This document shows, piece by piece, positions 23,322 through 37,920 of a stretch of DNA of 64,000 nucleotides (within the stretch, counting starts at the first letter, position 1; each line of letters begins with the position of its first letter). Below the pieces are notes generated by a model, which did no database searches, had not been told where the DNA came from, and was given only the letters and a program-made list of their open reading frames with translations. Origin of the DNA: Octopus vulgaris (taxonomy: Eukaryota); NCBI GenBank assembly GCA_951406725.2, contig OX597817.1, forward strand, positions 39,370,001 to 39,434,000, written 5' to 3'. The position numbers and the translations under genes are program-made.

Positions 23322-24789
23322 ATATACACACACACATGCACTATGTGTATGTGTGTGTGTGTATATATTCTAAAAAGTACGGAGAGATCCTTCAGTTTAA
23401 TGGTTTAATGTTAAATCATTTTCATATATAACATTACATAAAAAAATAAACAATATATATATCTATATATAATGTATGTATGTCGACAGATACGTGTGCG
23501 AGCGAATAAGATGTAAATAAAACAATTAAACGCGTTAAATGAAAAGATCTGACTTCGTGGGTGAGGTCTAGAGGCAAAGAGGGTGGAGGAAATGGTGGAG
23601 TATATATAATATTTCCCATGCCTCGGTGAGAATTAGTGGGAGGTCGTCCAACAATAAAGTTTTGGGATGAAGCAAATGTCAAACCTATGGAGAAAGAGGA
23701 CGGCGGGAATAGAAAGGACGAAAGATGGAGTGAGGGAGAAGGCGGGAAAATGTTACGTAAACGAGAATAGAATGAGGAGGTAGTATAGATTAATGAGTGT
23801 GGTGAGAGAGAGAGAGAGAGAGTGAGTGAATGAGTGAGAAAAGTAAGTGAAAGAGTGTGTAAAGTTTATAGTGACACAAACAGAACAATACAATGGTAGG
23901 GTTGGTGTATGTATGTGTGTGAGAGAGAGAGAGTGAATGAGAGGGGAGGAAGAGGGTGAAAAAGAACAAGGGGATGGAAGAGAGATAAAGAGAGAGAGAT
24001 TGACAGACAGATACTGAGAGAGAGAGAGACAGATAGATAGTGAGAGAGAGAAAGTGAGACAAATCGTTACCGACACGTGGAAAAAACAATAGAGAAATGA
24101 AGGCGCAAAAAACAGAAAAGAGTCGAAAGAAAAGAGAGAGTATGAAGGTATAAAAATGAGGTTGAGGAGGAAGAAGTAAGGAAAATAGCAAAAACAGAAT
24201 GGGTAGCGACAGCGAGACGAAAGATATGCTTAGGTGTGTATGTGTGTTTATATATAATTTTGCTTTCCTCATCTGATCTTTACTCTCATCTTTCCAGGAC
24301 ACACACACAGACATAGAGAGAGATAGCGAGAACTCAATACATGGTTTAGAGTTTTTGGTTAATTGGGAATCAGTCGATGATTCAGTCCATTGTCTTTCGG
24401 AGTTTCACGCACGTAAGGTACACACACATGATCGATCGGGCAACATTTGGTCAACATGCGAGCACATTCAATAGAGGCGCGCGTCACTCCCACGCACCAA
24501 CACCCACACACATACATTCAATAGATTGCCCCGTGGAATATAAATCAAGGTAAATACAATAAAAACAAACAATAGGAAAAAATATAGTATATATTTACAT
24601 CCCGCCTTCATCAGCAGGCGATAGCATAAATAGTATTTGTACGCAGCTGGCTAAAATAATATATACATATTATTTGAATGTAGGTGACTTGATTTATTGT
24701 CCATATCTCATGCTCACTTACCTATTTTTATTACTTTTCTAAGATCACTTCTTTCTTTTGTCTGGTCCAGGTCAATATATACAAGATAT

Positions 24790-25176
24790 ACTCTTTTACT
24801 TGTTTCAGTCATTTGACTGTGGCCATGCTGGAGCACCGCCTTTAGTCGAGCAAATAGACTCCAGTACTTATTCTTTGGAAGCTAGTACTTATTCTATCGG
24901 TCTCTTTTGCCGAACTGCTAAGTTATGGGGACGTAAACACACCAGCATCGGTTGTCAAGCGATGTTGGGGGGACAAACACAGACACACAAACAAACACAC
25001 ATATGTATATACATATATATACGACGGGCTTCTTTCAATTTCCGTCTACAAAATCCACTCACAAGGCTTTGGTCGGCCTGAGGATATAGTAGAAGACACT
25101 TGCCCAAGGTGCCACACAGGTGGCACCCGGAACCATGTGGTTGGTAAGCAAGCTACTTACCACACAGCCACTCCTA
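24790..25176 (-). mobile_element. SINE family A copy
   Basis: Family A consensus in reverse orientation. Confidence 0.88.
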
Positions 25177-26832
25177 CAGCTATATTGTATATAAACTTAG
25201 AATACACCAAGATATGTTTCAGCCAAAATTGGTCCGGGCCATATCTAACTTAATAGTACCACCTGATAGAATCTGTTAAGTCATTTTAAAGTAAGGTATT
25301 GTAATACATGGCCCATTCAAGTCAGTAGTTGTTGATTGAGATGTGTCGCGGTACAGGCAGTTTGTCTGGTATTCCTTCAAGAGATTTGTGAAATAACGTT
25401 TGGAGATAATGGGATCTTTCTTTTTTATTTGTTTTGGGATAATATCTAATAAAAGAAAATGTGTTGCAGTGTTGTGAAACTGAATTGTGTTGGTAGCCTA
25501 TGGCACGGGGTCTCTAAATTTGATGTTAATGTCATTTGGGCAATGCTGATGGTGTATTCTCCTTACAAGCCACTTGTGATATGAACGGCAGTTCTATGTT
25601 GTGTGATTAAACGAGTATGTCTTTAGTTCAACAGCGGCTGACAAAGTTCCTAATACATTTAGAGACCTGCGAGGTAACTTGTGATAAATATTCTATAATT
25701 TCTTCATGTGGTATAGTTAGAGTTCATTCTCCTCGTGTGTTTAATTCACAATTATGAAATCATAGTACCAACCACCCTTTGAATCGTGATGCACTCTCAA
25801 TCATAGATTCGGGAACAGGGGATGCAGGGATGTACAAGCGCACCCCGTGAAATTTGGATGAGGGACAATAAAAACGCTTTGAATGTTCTGCTGAAAATTT
25901 CATCGTTAAAACGAACTAATTGGAAACATTATTTTCTCCATTATTTGATTTATCTGATTTGATATACAAATGTAATATTAATAATAATGATTACTGTACC
26001 TGTGTTTATTTCGTCGAGGTCGACTTTCGGGGTCGATAAAATAAGTTCCAGTTGAGTTGTGGGGTCGATGGAATCACTTACCCCTACCCCGAAATTGCTG
26101 GCCTTGCGCCAAAATTTGAAAGCATTATTATACCTATGTTTGTTTTGATAACAAGACTGAAATAATAGAACTGGGTAGCACCCTCTAAACATATTTCGTT
26201 CCTGCACTTATGCTCAATGTGATTAAAAATCTCGCTTAGATGAACTAAGATTGTACTATTTAGGCCCATGTACGTCTTAACTAATTCACACTCACCATAT
26301 ACAGGTGTATGTGCGTGTGTGTATTTGCGTGCCATGGGAATGAAAATTGCTCGGTGGACACGCACACAGATGCACGTATGTATGCGTATGTGTGATTAGA
26401 ACAAAAATATCTTGTATTTCTTATGTGCGAGTTACGTCTCTTTATGCTAAGACGGACTTAGCTACTCTAGAAACAGTGATCAATAAAATTGATATCAAAC
26501 TAAGTACTGACTGTCTGTATTATCAATTAAAACCACATGAAGGCAGTCAAAACGCCAACAATAAAAAAAGAAAAGAAAAGAAGCTAAAAGTACAAAAATA
26601 ATAGTGCCGGCTCCACCTGATAATAATATACGGAGAAATATGTTATCATGTATCGCAGGCATTCAACGAATGCGGAAGGCTGCTTTTTCATTGATATCTC
26701 TCTTTCTCTCATACTGTTAGATGTTTACACATACGCAACAAAATCAGTTATAATACAGACAGTTGTGTGCGGGTCCATCTTTTAAGCGTGAGCACATTGG
26801 ACAGCTGCCTGGGGGTCTTAGGTACCCAATTG

Positions 26833-26904
<72 letters not shown>

Positions 26905-26972
26905 CGGTACTTATCTTTACAAAATGTATTTCATGACAAAACTATTTTAGCGTTTTCTACCTTGTCTGATCT

Positions 26973-27090
<118 letters not shown>

Positions 27091-27413
27091 CAAGGTAGAA
27101 AACGCTAATATATATATATATTGTGACTTGCTATTAGCTAATAAATATTGTAGGGCCCAGAGCATAGATTTGCTCAGGAGCCTAAATACTATGAAGATGG
27201 CTCTGATTGTGTGTTCTCGAATTCGGTATGTATTTATAAATAGTGGTACGACCCCAGTAAATGTTAGTGTGGTTACATGTATGCATGTATGTATATATGT
27301 ATGTTTCTGCCTGTCTGTCTCTCTGCCTAAATATGTAAAATAGATCTCGGTCGGTATTTCCGATCCATGAATGTTCGACCATCCGAACAACCTATTTTCT
27401 GAATTAGCATGTA

Positions 27414-27792
27414 GGTGCGGGAGTGGCTGTGTGGTAAGTAGCTTGCTTACCAACCATATGGTTCCGGGTTCATTCCCACTGCGTGGCACCTTGAGCAAGT
27501 GTCTTCTACTATAGCCTCGGGCCGACCAAAGCCTTGTGAGTGGATTTAGTAGACGGAAACTGAAAGAAACCCATCGTATATATGTATGTGTGTGTGTTCG
27601 TCCCCCAACATCGCTTGATAACCGATGCTGGTGTATTTACGTCCCCGAAAATTAGCGGTTCGGGAAAAGAGACCGATAGAATAAATACTAGGCTTCCAAA
27701 GAATAAGTCCTGGGGTCGATTTGCTCGACTAAAGGCGGTGCTCCAGCATGGCCGCAGTCAAATGACTGAAACAAGTAAAAGAGTAAAGAGTA
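27414..27792 (+). mobile_element. SINE family A copy
   Basis: Family A consensus, CpG largely intact. Confidence 0.9.
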
Positions 27793-28447
27793 GCTGAGTA
27801 TTCCAGATATGCTTGGTTGTGTTTGGGAGACAAAGCAGGCCCTTTGAATTTACGGGTACAATTCATCAGACGAACTTCCCATGTAGTTTCCATTAAATTA
27901 ATTTTATCTCAAGGTTGGGTCGACTCGGAGCTATAAAAAAAAACAGACACTTCTTCAAAATGCCACGCGATAGGATCGATACTTTGTAACTGAGGGACGA
28001 ACTTTCTTAGCTATTCGGCTATACTGCAGTATAGCTGAATGGCTAAGTTTGCTTAAATACATATATAACACACACACACGAATGTAATGCATGTGTGTTT
28101 ATGTATCCTTTAAGTCCTCAACTGCTGGAGTAGTGGAATACAGCGTGTCGTCTTGACTATTTTTCATTTTGACCAGAGACAAGGAGAAAGCAAAGTTGCC
28201 CGACGCTAGATTTGAACTCACAGATCACTAAGAGCTTCGAGTCGAGTCTGTCTGTCTCTCTGGGAGTGAAACTAGGTAGACAATAATTTACACGAGACCT
28301 CAGAATAAATATTGTGTAGGATGTATATGTAAGTAAAAATTCAGCCGTTTTCACGTGTCCGATTGATATCAACTAAATCCATGAAACAAACGAACTCTTC
28401 ATCAGGCATTTCGCTACAAATGTGTGTGTGTGTGTGTGTGTGTCTGC

Positions 28448-28662
28448 AAGGTAGCGAGCGGACAAGAATCGTTAACACGCCGGATAGAAATATTTAGCGG
28501 CATTTTCTTCCGGATTCACGTTCAGTGTTCAGATTCCGTCGAAGTCGACTTTGTGTTTCACTCTTTTGGAGTCGACGAAATAAGTCCCAGTTAAACACAG
28601 GTCGATGTAATCGACTAACTCCTTCCCCTAAAATTTCAGGCCTTTTGCCTATAGTAGAAAGA
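28448..28662 (+). mobile_element. SINE family M copy, diverged
   Basis: GAATCGTTAACACGCCGG head, GTCGACTTTG body, AAATTTCAGGCCTT tail. Confidence 0.7.
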
Positions 28663-28699
28663 AAAAAAGTGTGTGCGCATCTGAAAACTGAAGTAATTA

Positions 28700-31496
28700 A
28701 AGAAACGTATAATTAAAACAAGACATAACGGAAAAAACCCCACAGTATTACATAGTGTATATGTTTATTTGTAAGCAAAAGACCGCAATCTGTTTTCACG
28801 GGTCCACTTGATAACAACCGAAGCCGTGAAACGGATGAGCACTCCGTAGGTTCTTTTCTTTTTTACCACTATTGTGTATTAGTGTGTGCCTCCAAAAATT
28901 GAAATAATTAAAGCATTACAAGACATCGCATTTAAGAACTATGGCATTCTTAGCCGTGATATATGAAACTAAGTGGAAGGACCACAGACCAGTAGCGGTT
29001 CTTGACCCGTTAGTTTCGACCCCACCCCCTTTATTTTGTTTGACTGCAGTCTCCGTAGCGACATCAGCAGCTATAGCGACGCACCGACAGCAATAGCAGC
29101 AGCAAGTGTCGGGCCGTAGTAAGAGTTAGTGTAAAAAGCGCTTATACTAAAACTATATACGAAAGTAGCAACAGCTGAATTAAGAGTATTATTAGTAGCA
29201 CCATGCTTATTCTATACTTTACTACTACTTACAACTTTCTCTGACGAAGGAGGAATACTTACCGATCACTTCGTTTTAGAAAGAACTTTAACAATTTATT
29301 ATCATAGATATATATAATCGTTTATTTTTAAAACTTTTATTTTCTTTATTATTGTTGTTGACGTCGGTGTGTGTATAAAGTCTGTCTTTCCCACGTTTTA
29401 CACACACACGTATAAACAATCACATCAATATTCACCAAACATCAACTGGAGTAAACAGTCAAAATAAACAACACTAACTTCACCAGGATTTCTTTATTTT
29501 CTGTAAAATTTTCAACGATGATTGTTACGTTTTGTTTAATACGTTCGTCTTTCATATCGTGATTCATGGCAAATGAATGGAATAGACCAAGCTGTGATTT
29601 TATACAATTCCTGTAAGTACCTAAAAGAAATTTGCAACAAACAAACAATATAGACAGTATTCATGTTCTTTCTCATTACTTAAATCTATTGTCACTTTTT
29701 TCTATTTATATCTTTACTATCCTGAACGTCAATCTTCTACTAATTCACTCATTACTTTTTAAAAACAAATTTATATATAAGAACTTTACCCCAACTTTTA
29801 TCTAATGAGAAAGGAAGAAAGTTAAGCGACTTTGGGACAAAAGTCCATGGTTCAGTTTCGATTCCCGCTTGTAATTATTTCAGTTCATTTAAAAATAGCA
29901 TCAACGTCTAATTTCTGATGTCTTCCTACCTGAATAATAAAAATAAAGCACCTGTAAATAGAAACCGATATTGTACTTTACATTTGTCTAGTTTGCTTTC
30001 GTCTGCTGTCATTTTGTTGATCAAAAATAGACACTGTATGGTTGAGTGAACAATGCAAAGACATACATAGTGCCATCCATCACATGTGATCTAGAATATT
30101 AGGTAACGTTTTCTGAAAGCTGTTGGTGAATTATTGCTCAGGTGAACTTCAGATTTAAGATAACGTTTTTAGTTCTTCACTTTTCTATTATCTACCTGGA
30201 TGATAAGACCGTCTTCAAATACTGATTCTTCATGCTTTTAGCATGCAGTTAAGCTACCCATTATTCATTTCACCTACCCTGTTAAATAATGTCTGGTCGT
30301 CTCCCGCTTTATTACAACGATCGCAACGTCGACCTGTTGGTTCTTTAACAAAGAGTTGACATTCCACCCGGTTTCTTTCTTTTTCTCTCTCACTCTCTCG
30401 AAAAATAACCCGTTTTGCAATGCGACGTATTTCTAGTTGAACTAATACTACTTGTGTTGTTATCTGTTATGGAATGATTATTCACACATAGATATATACG
30501 TATACATACACACAATGATTGGCATTTTTTTTTTAGCCATTCCATGTATTTACGATGCAACTTCTTTCGGGTAATCTGCGATCTTTGCCTCGCCGTGACA
30601 AAGATTATTTTTGCGTCAAGTATTTGAAGGAATATGAAGCTACTATAATATTGTATCAATAACCGATTCTTGATATCAATAACGATGTGTTCGATCAGCA
30701 GCCACCAATATGAGGGTGTAAATCTGAAAATTATCTCTAAATACACCCTTAGGCATATTTTTTAAATATGGTTAATATCACATACAATGATATGTGTGTG
30801 TGTGTGTGTGAGATTTAAAATTTTTAAAAATCAATCAGAAATTTTAGTATATATAATCAATATGAATTACCTCGCATATCCCCAACCACGCTGATAGTTC
30901 AGCTGTTAAAAAAAAAATAGTGGCTGCAGTTTAAGAAAGCAGCGATCCGTGGCCAAGTGAACAGAAATTGCTGTATGGTTATAGTCATTCATCTCCCTAA
31001 GTGTTTCTCTTACTAAATAAACCTCTTAGACAAATTTACACTATACGATATATTCAACCGCTTATACCGAAGATAAAACCAATAATTATTAGTCTATTTA
31101 CAAAGTGTAAAATCGATTTTATCAGTGTCGGAATCGCCCAAAGCTGCACGAGTTTAATTCATGTTTTCAGTAGAAGACAAGAACTGATGAAACACTACTT
31201 ATACCAAAAGAAAGAGAGAAAAATTGAGGCTTAAAATATTTGTTTCCTTTAATGTACACACACTGGTGTCCGTAGTTTGGTGAGGGCTATACACCCGTAC
31301 AACACGGCAACCTTCACCTTTATGTATATAAAACCCCAGTCTCCCGTCCTCTTTCACAATGTATTTATTGCATCCCGTCCTTCACCCTTGTGGAAATTTC
31401 GGTGAAGTCCTAGAGGGAATTCACAGACATTTTCAGGAATCGTGATGATACAACATTAGCCAGTGATAATTTTGAACGTAAGCACAAGGCCACAGA

Positions 31497-31536
<40 letters not shown>

Positions 31537-31575
31537 TGCGGCAAAGTAATTTATTTTACTAAGCCCTTTTATATA

Positions 31576-31615
<40 letters not shown>

Positions 31616-32566
31616 GTGTGTATGCATACATATGCCTACGTATCAATACGGATGAAATAAACTGGAATGTGATTAAGTTTCGCGCCGTTCTTCTTGTTCC
31701 TCATTAGAAACATACCTACGTGCATGAATGGGCTGTATGTAACCTATTTGGCTATTTCTGCACATTTGTTTATGTACCTCCTCATTACATATGTGCCACT
31801 AGTTTGCTCTATTTGTTCATAATCTCATCTCGATCCCTCCCTCACATTATTTTTCACGTGCATATAGACAGTTAATCACTACCAAATAAATAATGAATCT
31901 TTGTTGTTTTAGCCCCAAATTGGTTCCAGTTCTGATATTCCAGCCTGTCCCTTTTAACAGTGTATCAATGTATATATGTGTTCTCTTAAAATTGTAATGT
32001 GATTTGAGGAAGATTTTAACTGCTTTTTCTAGCAATCAAGCGACCGCATAGTGTCAACCAAAGACGGTATCGTCCTTGGCATTTATCAGAAGCTGTCTAT
32101 TTAAAAATAAATACCGAGTTAAAGAAGATTTTAAAAATCTTTATATTATAAACGGTAGATATATATATTTTGTGTGTGTAACATTGAGTTGTCGACACAC
32201 ATCAATGAAAACATTCAAACCATTCTTCAGCATTCGGTGAATATTGTGATACTTACTTATATACTATATGATAGGTTACGTATATTACCAGAGGGCCCCT
32301 GCCGTGGCTGTCCAAGCTATTGTTTGTCGGCTTAACCAGACACATAGTTTTTCAGTCTCAAGTCAGCCCTGATCAAGCTGACAGATATCAAACACATTTC
32401 TACCTGTTTCGTTTCTTTTCTGGAATAGCGTGTCTAGGACATTACTCAATGCATCCTCGAATGACTATAAAGAGGCTTTCTTAGCAGAAAAGTGATTTAT
32501 TTAATAATGTAGATGGTGGTGGTGGTTTTGGGGTTGTTTAATTTCTGGCTTTCAGTGTCTTGACGC

Positions 32567-32604
<38 letters not shown>

Positions 32605-33200
32605 CTTACCCTGGAATCTTACCGTCTTGCTTTGCCACATTCGTTTTCTTTTTTAGATATATAACTAAGATATCTTTATTTACTTTTGTATTTATAGCTA
32701 CAGGTAGTTAGCTGCGACTCCTTATTACCACGATCACGGCAACTGTTACAACAATAATACTATTAGAGCCTTAACTATAACACGCTATTTTAACCACTGT
32801 TACAACCGACGAAAGTACGGAAACAACAGCAATAACTTACTTTTGCTGTTACTACTATAACTTATTACTTCAATTACTTCACTGTAGCAACGACAGACTG
32901 GCAGCGAAGATTCTACCCCTACGCAATTCCGTACAGAGGGACTTAAAAGTGTACCACCACTAACAGCATTACTTTCGCTACCAACACTATCATCTTTACC
33001 AGTGTACACAAACGCTCTATATTTACGAACCAATGAGGGGTCCCCCTTCTACCTGATCGTTCTATCTGCTATTATTAGAGACTCCTTAAATCGGATGCAT
33101 TGGATACTGGAGCCATTGATAGACGAAAAGACGAAGGATCACGGCTAGAATAGCTGATCCGAACTGATCAAATACATGAGGAACACACTAGGTGATAGAC
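28700..33200. promoter_or_regulatory. Repeat-poor, CpG-retaining unique region; probable promoter/5' exon zone
   Basis: Nearly free of the abundant SINEs, CpG visibly retained, several splice-like signals on both strands, adjacent to the CpG-decayed right half. Confidence 0.45.
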
Positions 33201-34113
33201 TCCTAGATAAACCATGTCTGAACTGGAATTTTATGGTTGAAATGCTTTTGATCATAAGTCTGCTTTGTGAAGATTAATTTGGGGAATAAGCAAACAGCAC
33301 CACTATCTACTAATTAACAGTGTATGTCCACCTCTCTGTCCGTCCCCTTGTTACGATACTTTTTGTTAATGAAATACCGACAAAATCGTTTAGTAAAATG
33401 AGCTGTGATACTTTCACTATCTCTTTATTTTGTGAAAACACTAACAAGTCGTTGAGTTATTTTGTAAATGCAGTAAGCTATCTGTGTATAATTGTGTGCA
33501 TCATCATCATCATTTAACGGCTGTTTTCCATGCTGGCATGGCTCGGACAGTTTCACAGGAGCTGGTAAGGCTAAACTGTCCAACTTTGTGTGTTTATGTG
33601 TGTGTGTGTGTGTATGTCTGTGAAAGCAGTGCCATGTTGTTTGGAATTCAGTCCCACTGTGTGATATCTTGGGCAAGTGTCTTCTACTATATCACTGGAC
33701 CAGCCTTGTGAGTAGATTTAATAGATAGAAACAGAAATACATTCATTGTGTGTGTGTGTGAAAGAGAGAGAGAGAGAGAGAGTGTGTGTGTTCATATTTC
33801 TCATCTTCACGTGTTTGCTGATCATAAACAAAGCCTCTCTGGTCATACAGACAATGTCAATCCACCATGAAAACATGTCTGGGCTTCTTGACATGTCTTG
33901 AAAGTTGCACAATCTTGTTTGTTTTCATTTCCCTGTGTAACCATAAATGAGTTGTTTGTTCTTTGACAGAATCAGATATTATTATTTCACATGGAAACAG
34001 GTGAGAGTTAGCAGTAAGAAGCACATCCAGCCATAGAAACTTTGCTTCAATATACCCTTGTCTAACAAAAGGAAGCATAGAAAAATGACATTAAAATGAT
34101 GATGGTGTGTTTG

Positions 34114-34457
34114 CATTGCCAGTGTCGCCTGACTGGCTCTCTTGCCAGTGGCACGTAAAAAGCACCATTTGAGTGTGGTCGATGCGAGTGCCACCTGACT
34201 GGCTACTGTGCTGGTGGCACATAAAAAGCACCATTTGAGTGTGGTCGATGCCAGTGCCACCTGACCGGCTCCCTTGCCGGTGGCACATAAAAAGCACCCA
34301 CTACACTTTCAGTGACTGGCATTAGGAAGGGCATCAAGCTGTAGAAGCCTTGCCAGATCAGATAAGAGCCTGGTAGCCTTCTGGCTTGTCAGTCCTTAGT
34401 CAAACAAACCATCCAATCCATGGCAGTATGGAAAGCGGACATTAAATGATGATGATG
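34114..34457 (+). mobile_element. RTE-LINE 3'-UTR-derived repeat (family R) with about 60-bp internal tandem units and (GAT)n tail
   Basis: GGTGGCAC(G/A)TAAAAAGCACC units, TTAGGAAGGGCATC, GGAAAGCGGACATTAAATGATGATGAT; same sequence follows RTE ORF2 remnants at 40510-41270 and 52060-53310. Confidence 0.8.
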
Positions 34458-34599
34458 CTCCTGCTATGGAAAGAATATCCTTCTTGAAAAATATTATTGT
34501 AAAATGAAAAATGAAATGTGGGAATATTAAGATTCGAATGGTGATAAGTCCGACACCATCTGCCTTGCAGTTTCCGTAGGAGATGTCACAAATCACGAA

Positions 34600-35050
34600 A
34601 AGTGACAAGGCCCTCACTCTATTGTTTTTTTCTGAACAATGCAAATTTCTCATTGCATTTAAGGAGTTCAGCTTCCTGTACTCGAGAATCACTTTTGTAT
34701 GTGTGCAATTGCATTTTATGAGATATAAGGGCATGGCCTAGAGAAATTAGCCAATAAGGTAGATAGGTGCTGATTGGAAAATAGTGTTTAGGGAGGTTAA
34801 AATGATCATGAGGTACCTCACAGGTAGCAGTTGAAAGCAGAGACCAAATTGAGTGAATTATTTCAAACAGAACAGCTTCTCATTGGGATTCTGCAAAGTT
34901 TGTTTGGTTATAGGGAGATGTTTCTAATTTCAATATTGTCTGATTTATTCTCTAGTATTACCCATTTCCTCAAGAGATGTAGTGGGTAGTTCTACTTTAC
35001 ACAATTCCTTATTTTATATCCTTAGAAGAATTAGTCAATGTGAAAGAGTG
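34600..35050 (-). mobile_element. Degraded CR1/L2-group LINE 3' remnant
   Basis: Weak similarity of the minus-strand translation to LINE ORF2 C-termini; boundaries approximate. Confidence 0.35.
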
Positions 35051-35169
35051 AACCAAAGACTATGGAAGTTAGTGATAGCCCTGAAATCATGGAATTTCAA
35101 TCCTTTTGGGAAGACTTTCTTCAGTTTGTAACATATGCAATCATCAATGAAGAATTTGAATGGTTTGTG

Positions 35170-35722
35170 TATCCGTGCTAGTGGAGCGCTAAGAGCATCA
35201 TCTGAGTGTGATTGTTGCCAGAGCAGCTAACAAGCTTCCATGTCGGTGGCACGTAAAAAGCACCATTCAAACGTGATCGTTACCAGCGTTGCCAGTCCTC
35301 AGTCAAATCGTCCATCCCATGCTAGCATGGAAAACGGACGTTAATTGATGATGATGATGAGCATGATTGTTACCAGTGTCGCCTTACTGGCACTTGTGCC
35401 GGTGGCACGTGAAAAAACATTTGAGCGAGGTCATTGCCAGTGCCACTGGACTGGCTCCTGTGCAGGTGGGATGTAAAAAAACGCCATTTGAGTGTGGCCG
35501 TTGCCAGTACCACCTGACTGGCCCTTGTGCCGGTGGCACATAAAAGCACCCACCACACTCTCGGAGTGGTTGGTGTTAGGAAGGGCATCCAGCTGTAGAA
35601 ACTCTGCCAGTTCAGATTGAAGCCTGGTGCAGCCATCTGGTTCGCCAGTCCTCAGTCAAATTATCCAACCCATGCTAGCATGGAAAGCGGACGTTAAACG
35701 ATGATGTGATGATGATGATGAT
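35170..35722 (+). mobile_element. Family R repeats, two tandem tail-bearing units
   Basis: Two (GAT)n tails at about 35347 and 35700 with family R bodies. Confidence 0.8.
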
Positions 35723-36390
35723 GTGAGAGATGAAGTTTATGAGAGCATACAGAATATAGGAACAAAAAATCCTATATGAGGAATATAGGAATGAAAAGTC
35801 GGTGTTTGCATTCCAAAGTAGGCTGATGGTGATTTGAAATTGTATTGGGTTAAGTATTTGGGGGTACAGAATTCTGTCTATATTGGAGTTATTTAATAAA
35901 CTGTAGCAAGAAGTTACAATAAACGGAGCAACATTAAATGAAGTGTTTTGCTCAAGAACACAGTGCATTGTCCAGTCCAAGAACTGAAACTGCAATCTTA
36001 TGATCATGAGTGCACCACCCTAACCACTTATCCACCTGCCTCCATTAATTCAGGAGCCTATGATTAAATGAGGCACTCTAGCCTCAGCCATTTGTCCTTT
36101 TGTATTTTTGGGGCTATATTATCCAACGTGATCCCTTTTTGAGAGGGCAAGGAGTGATTTGAGGGAGATTTGGTTGCTATTTTTGATATGTCAAGTGATT
36201 ATAAAAAGTGTCCTTTTGAGGTAATGGTGGTTATGAGGGAGAGGAGAATGATCATGTCCAGTTCCAGGAGGCAGACCAGACATGTATTGTCACATATTAT
36301 CCTCTCATAATCTTGTAATGCCTGTCTACTTGACATGGGCAGGGTTGGTTGTCTTTACAGAATTGATTTGCCCAGGATAAAATACAGTGT

Positions 36391-36940
36391 ATTGGGCCCT
36401 ATAGTATTTATTAATTACAAGCTACAACATGCATAGAGTAGAATTTGACCTTAGCCCTATGAGGCCCCAAGAAAATCCATGCTCTGGGCCCTGCAGTAGT
36501 TGTTTATAGACAGCAAGCCATAAAATACATAGATTAAGATTGGGCTCCTAGACCCATGAGGCTCCCAACAAAATGCATTGAGCCCTATAGTATTTATTGA
36601 TTGCAAGCTACAACATGCATAGATTAGAATTGGACCTTAGCCCCATGAGACCCTTGGAAAATTAGGGCACTGGGCCCTAGAGTAGTTGTTTATAGACAGC
36701 AAGCCATAAAATACATAGATTAGGATTGGTCTCCTAGACCCATGAGGCTCCCAAGAAAATCAATGCATTGGGCCCTATAGTATTTATTGATTGCAAGCTA
36801 AAACATACATATATTAGAATTGGGCCCCTAGACCCATGAGACTCTTGGAAAATCAATGCACTTGGTCCTATAGAATTTGTTTATTGACAGTGGCCACAAC
36901 AGGCATAAATCTTAACTGGGCTCTTAGATCCGTGTGGCTC
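36391..36940. repeat. Tandem repeat, six units of about 93-97 bp alternating A/B
   Basis: Units start near 36391, 36484, 36577, 36670, 36767 and 36860 with TGGGCCCT-like starts; odd units share TATTTATT.ATT.CAAGCTA, even units share TTGTTTAT.GACAG. Confidence 0.85.
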
Positions 36941-37920
36941 CTAGGCAACTGCCCAGTGTGCCAATGTCTTAAGATGGCACTTGGCATAGGTTTCACAACT
37001 TGATAGGTTGAGTACAGCATTGTGATTAATGTTTCTCATAAAACAAAAATCGGTTTCAAGGAAACTAGAGGTGGTCTGTGAAGACAGAAATCATTAATTA
37101 AATTAATGACTACGAATGCATTTTACATTGCGCAGTGGTGACAAAAATATTCGTTTTCTTTAATTCCTGCTAAGAAGAGTCCTAAGTGAAACTTAAAAAT
37201 TTATATCTCCGCTACTACATACAAATTTATTTGTATCAACCTATAATGGGAACCTCTTTATGGCTTCTCAACATGCTAAACATAGTGGACAAATCTTCCT
37301 CAAACCAAATCCTAGCACCTTGGAAAAGGTAAGATATTGACTGATGTAGTCCTGGTTACACCATGCCTGAACAGAGAAAACAAAAAAAACAAACTGATGT
37401 GGTGGTCATAGCTGGACTATTCTCTGGGTCTGCCTGATCAAGGCAAAGTTAAACAATATCAACAACAAACTTATATCTGCTTATATTTTGCATTGTTTGT
37501 CCAAACAACGCTCACAGATCGATTACTGTTTGCTGAATAAGATTATTATCTGATCATAAGTTTAAATTCAATAATGTAAAATAGAAATTGTGTGCAATTT
37601 GATTCAAAAGTTTCCTGTCCTAGCCTGTCCTTCCATTTTATTTCTTTCTTATCTTGTCAATCTTTGTGAAATAAGTTTCAATATCCTTTCACAACTCTGA
37701 TGTAAATACATTTGTTTCATTGGCCGAATATATATTCTAGGATGTGAAAAATAATTGGTCTAGCAGTCTAAGCATGATTCTATGAAAATGTAATTATAAA
37801 CGTCCTAATTCTACTTACAGACATGTCAAAATCAAAATTAGAACTTAGTCTTTGTACTCTAACTTGTTCTTCAACCTTAGATCCAGGCCATAAGACATTT
37901 TGGCACATCCTATTTTCAGC

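Noticed and set aside
29241-29270. CTGACGAAGG hammerhead-like start
   Set aside because: No GAAA core or closing stems follow; overlaps a better-supported splice-donor motif.
30390-30746. 118-aa minus-strand ORF in the unique island
   Set aside because: No recognisable domain, runs through simple sequence; cannot be supported as coding.
34114-34300. Regularly spaced repeats resembling a CRISPR array
   Set aside because: Eukaryotic context and the spacers are themselves homologous; these are tandem units of a LINE 3' UTR.
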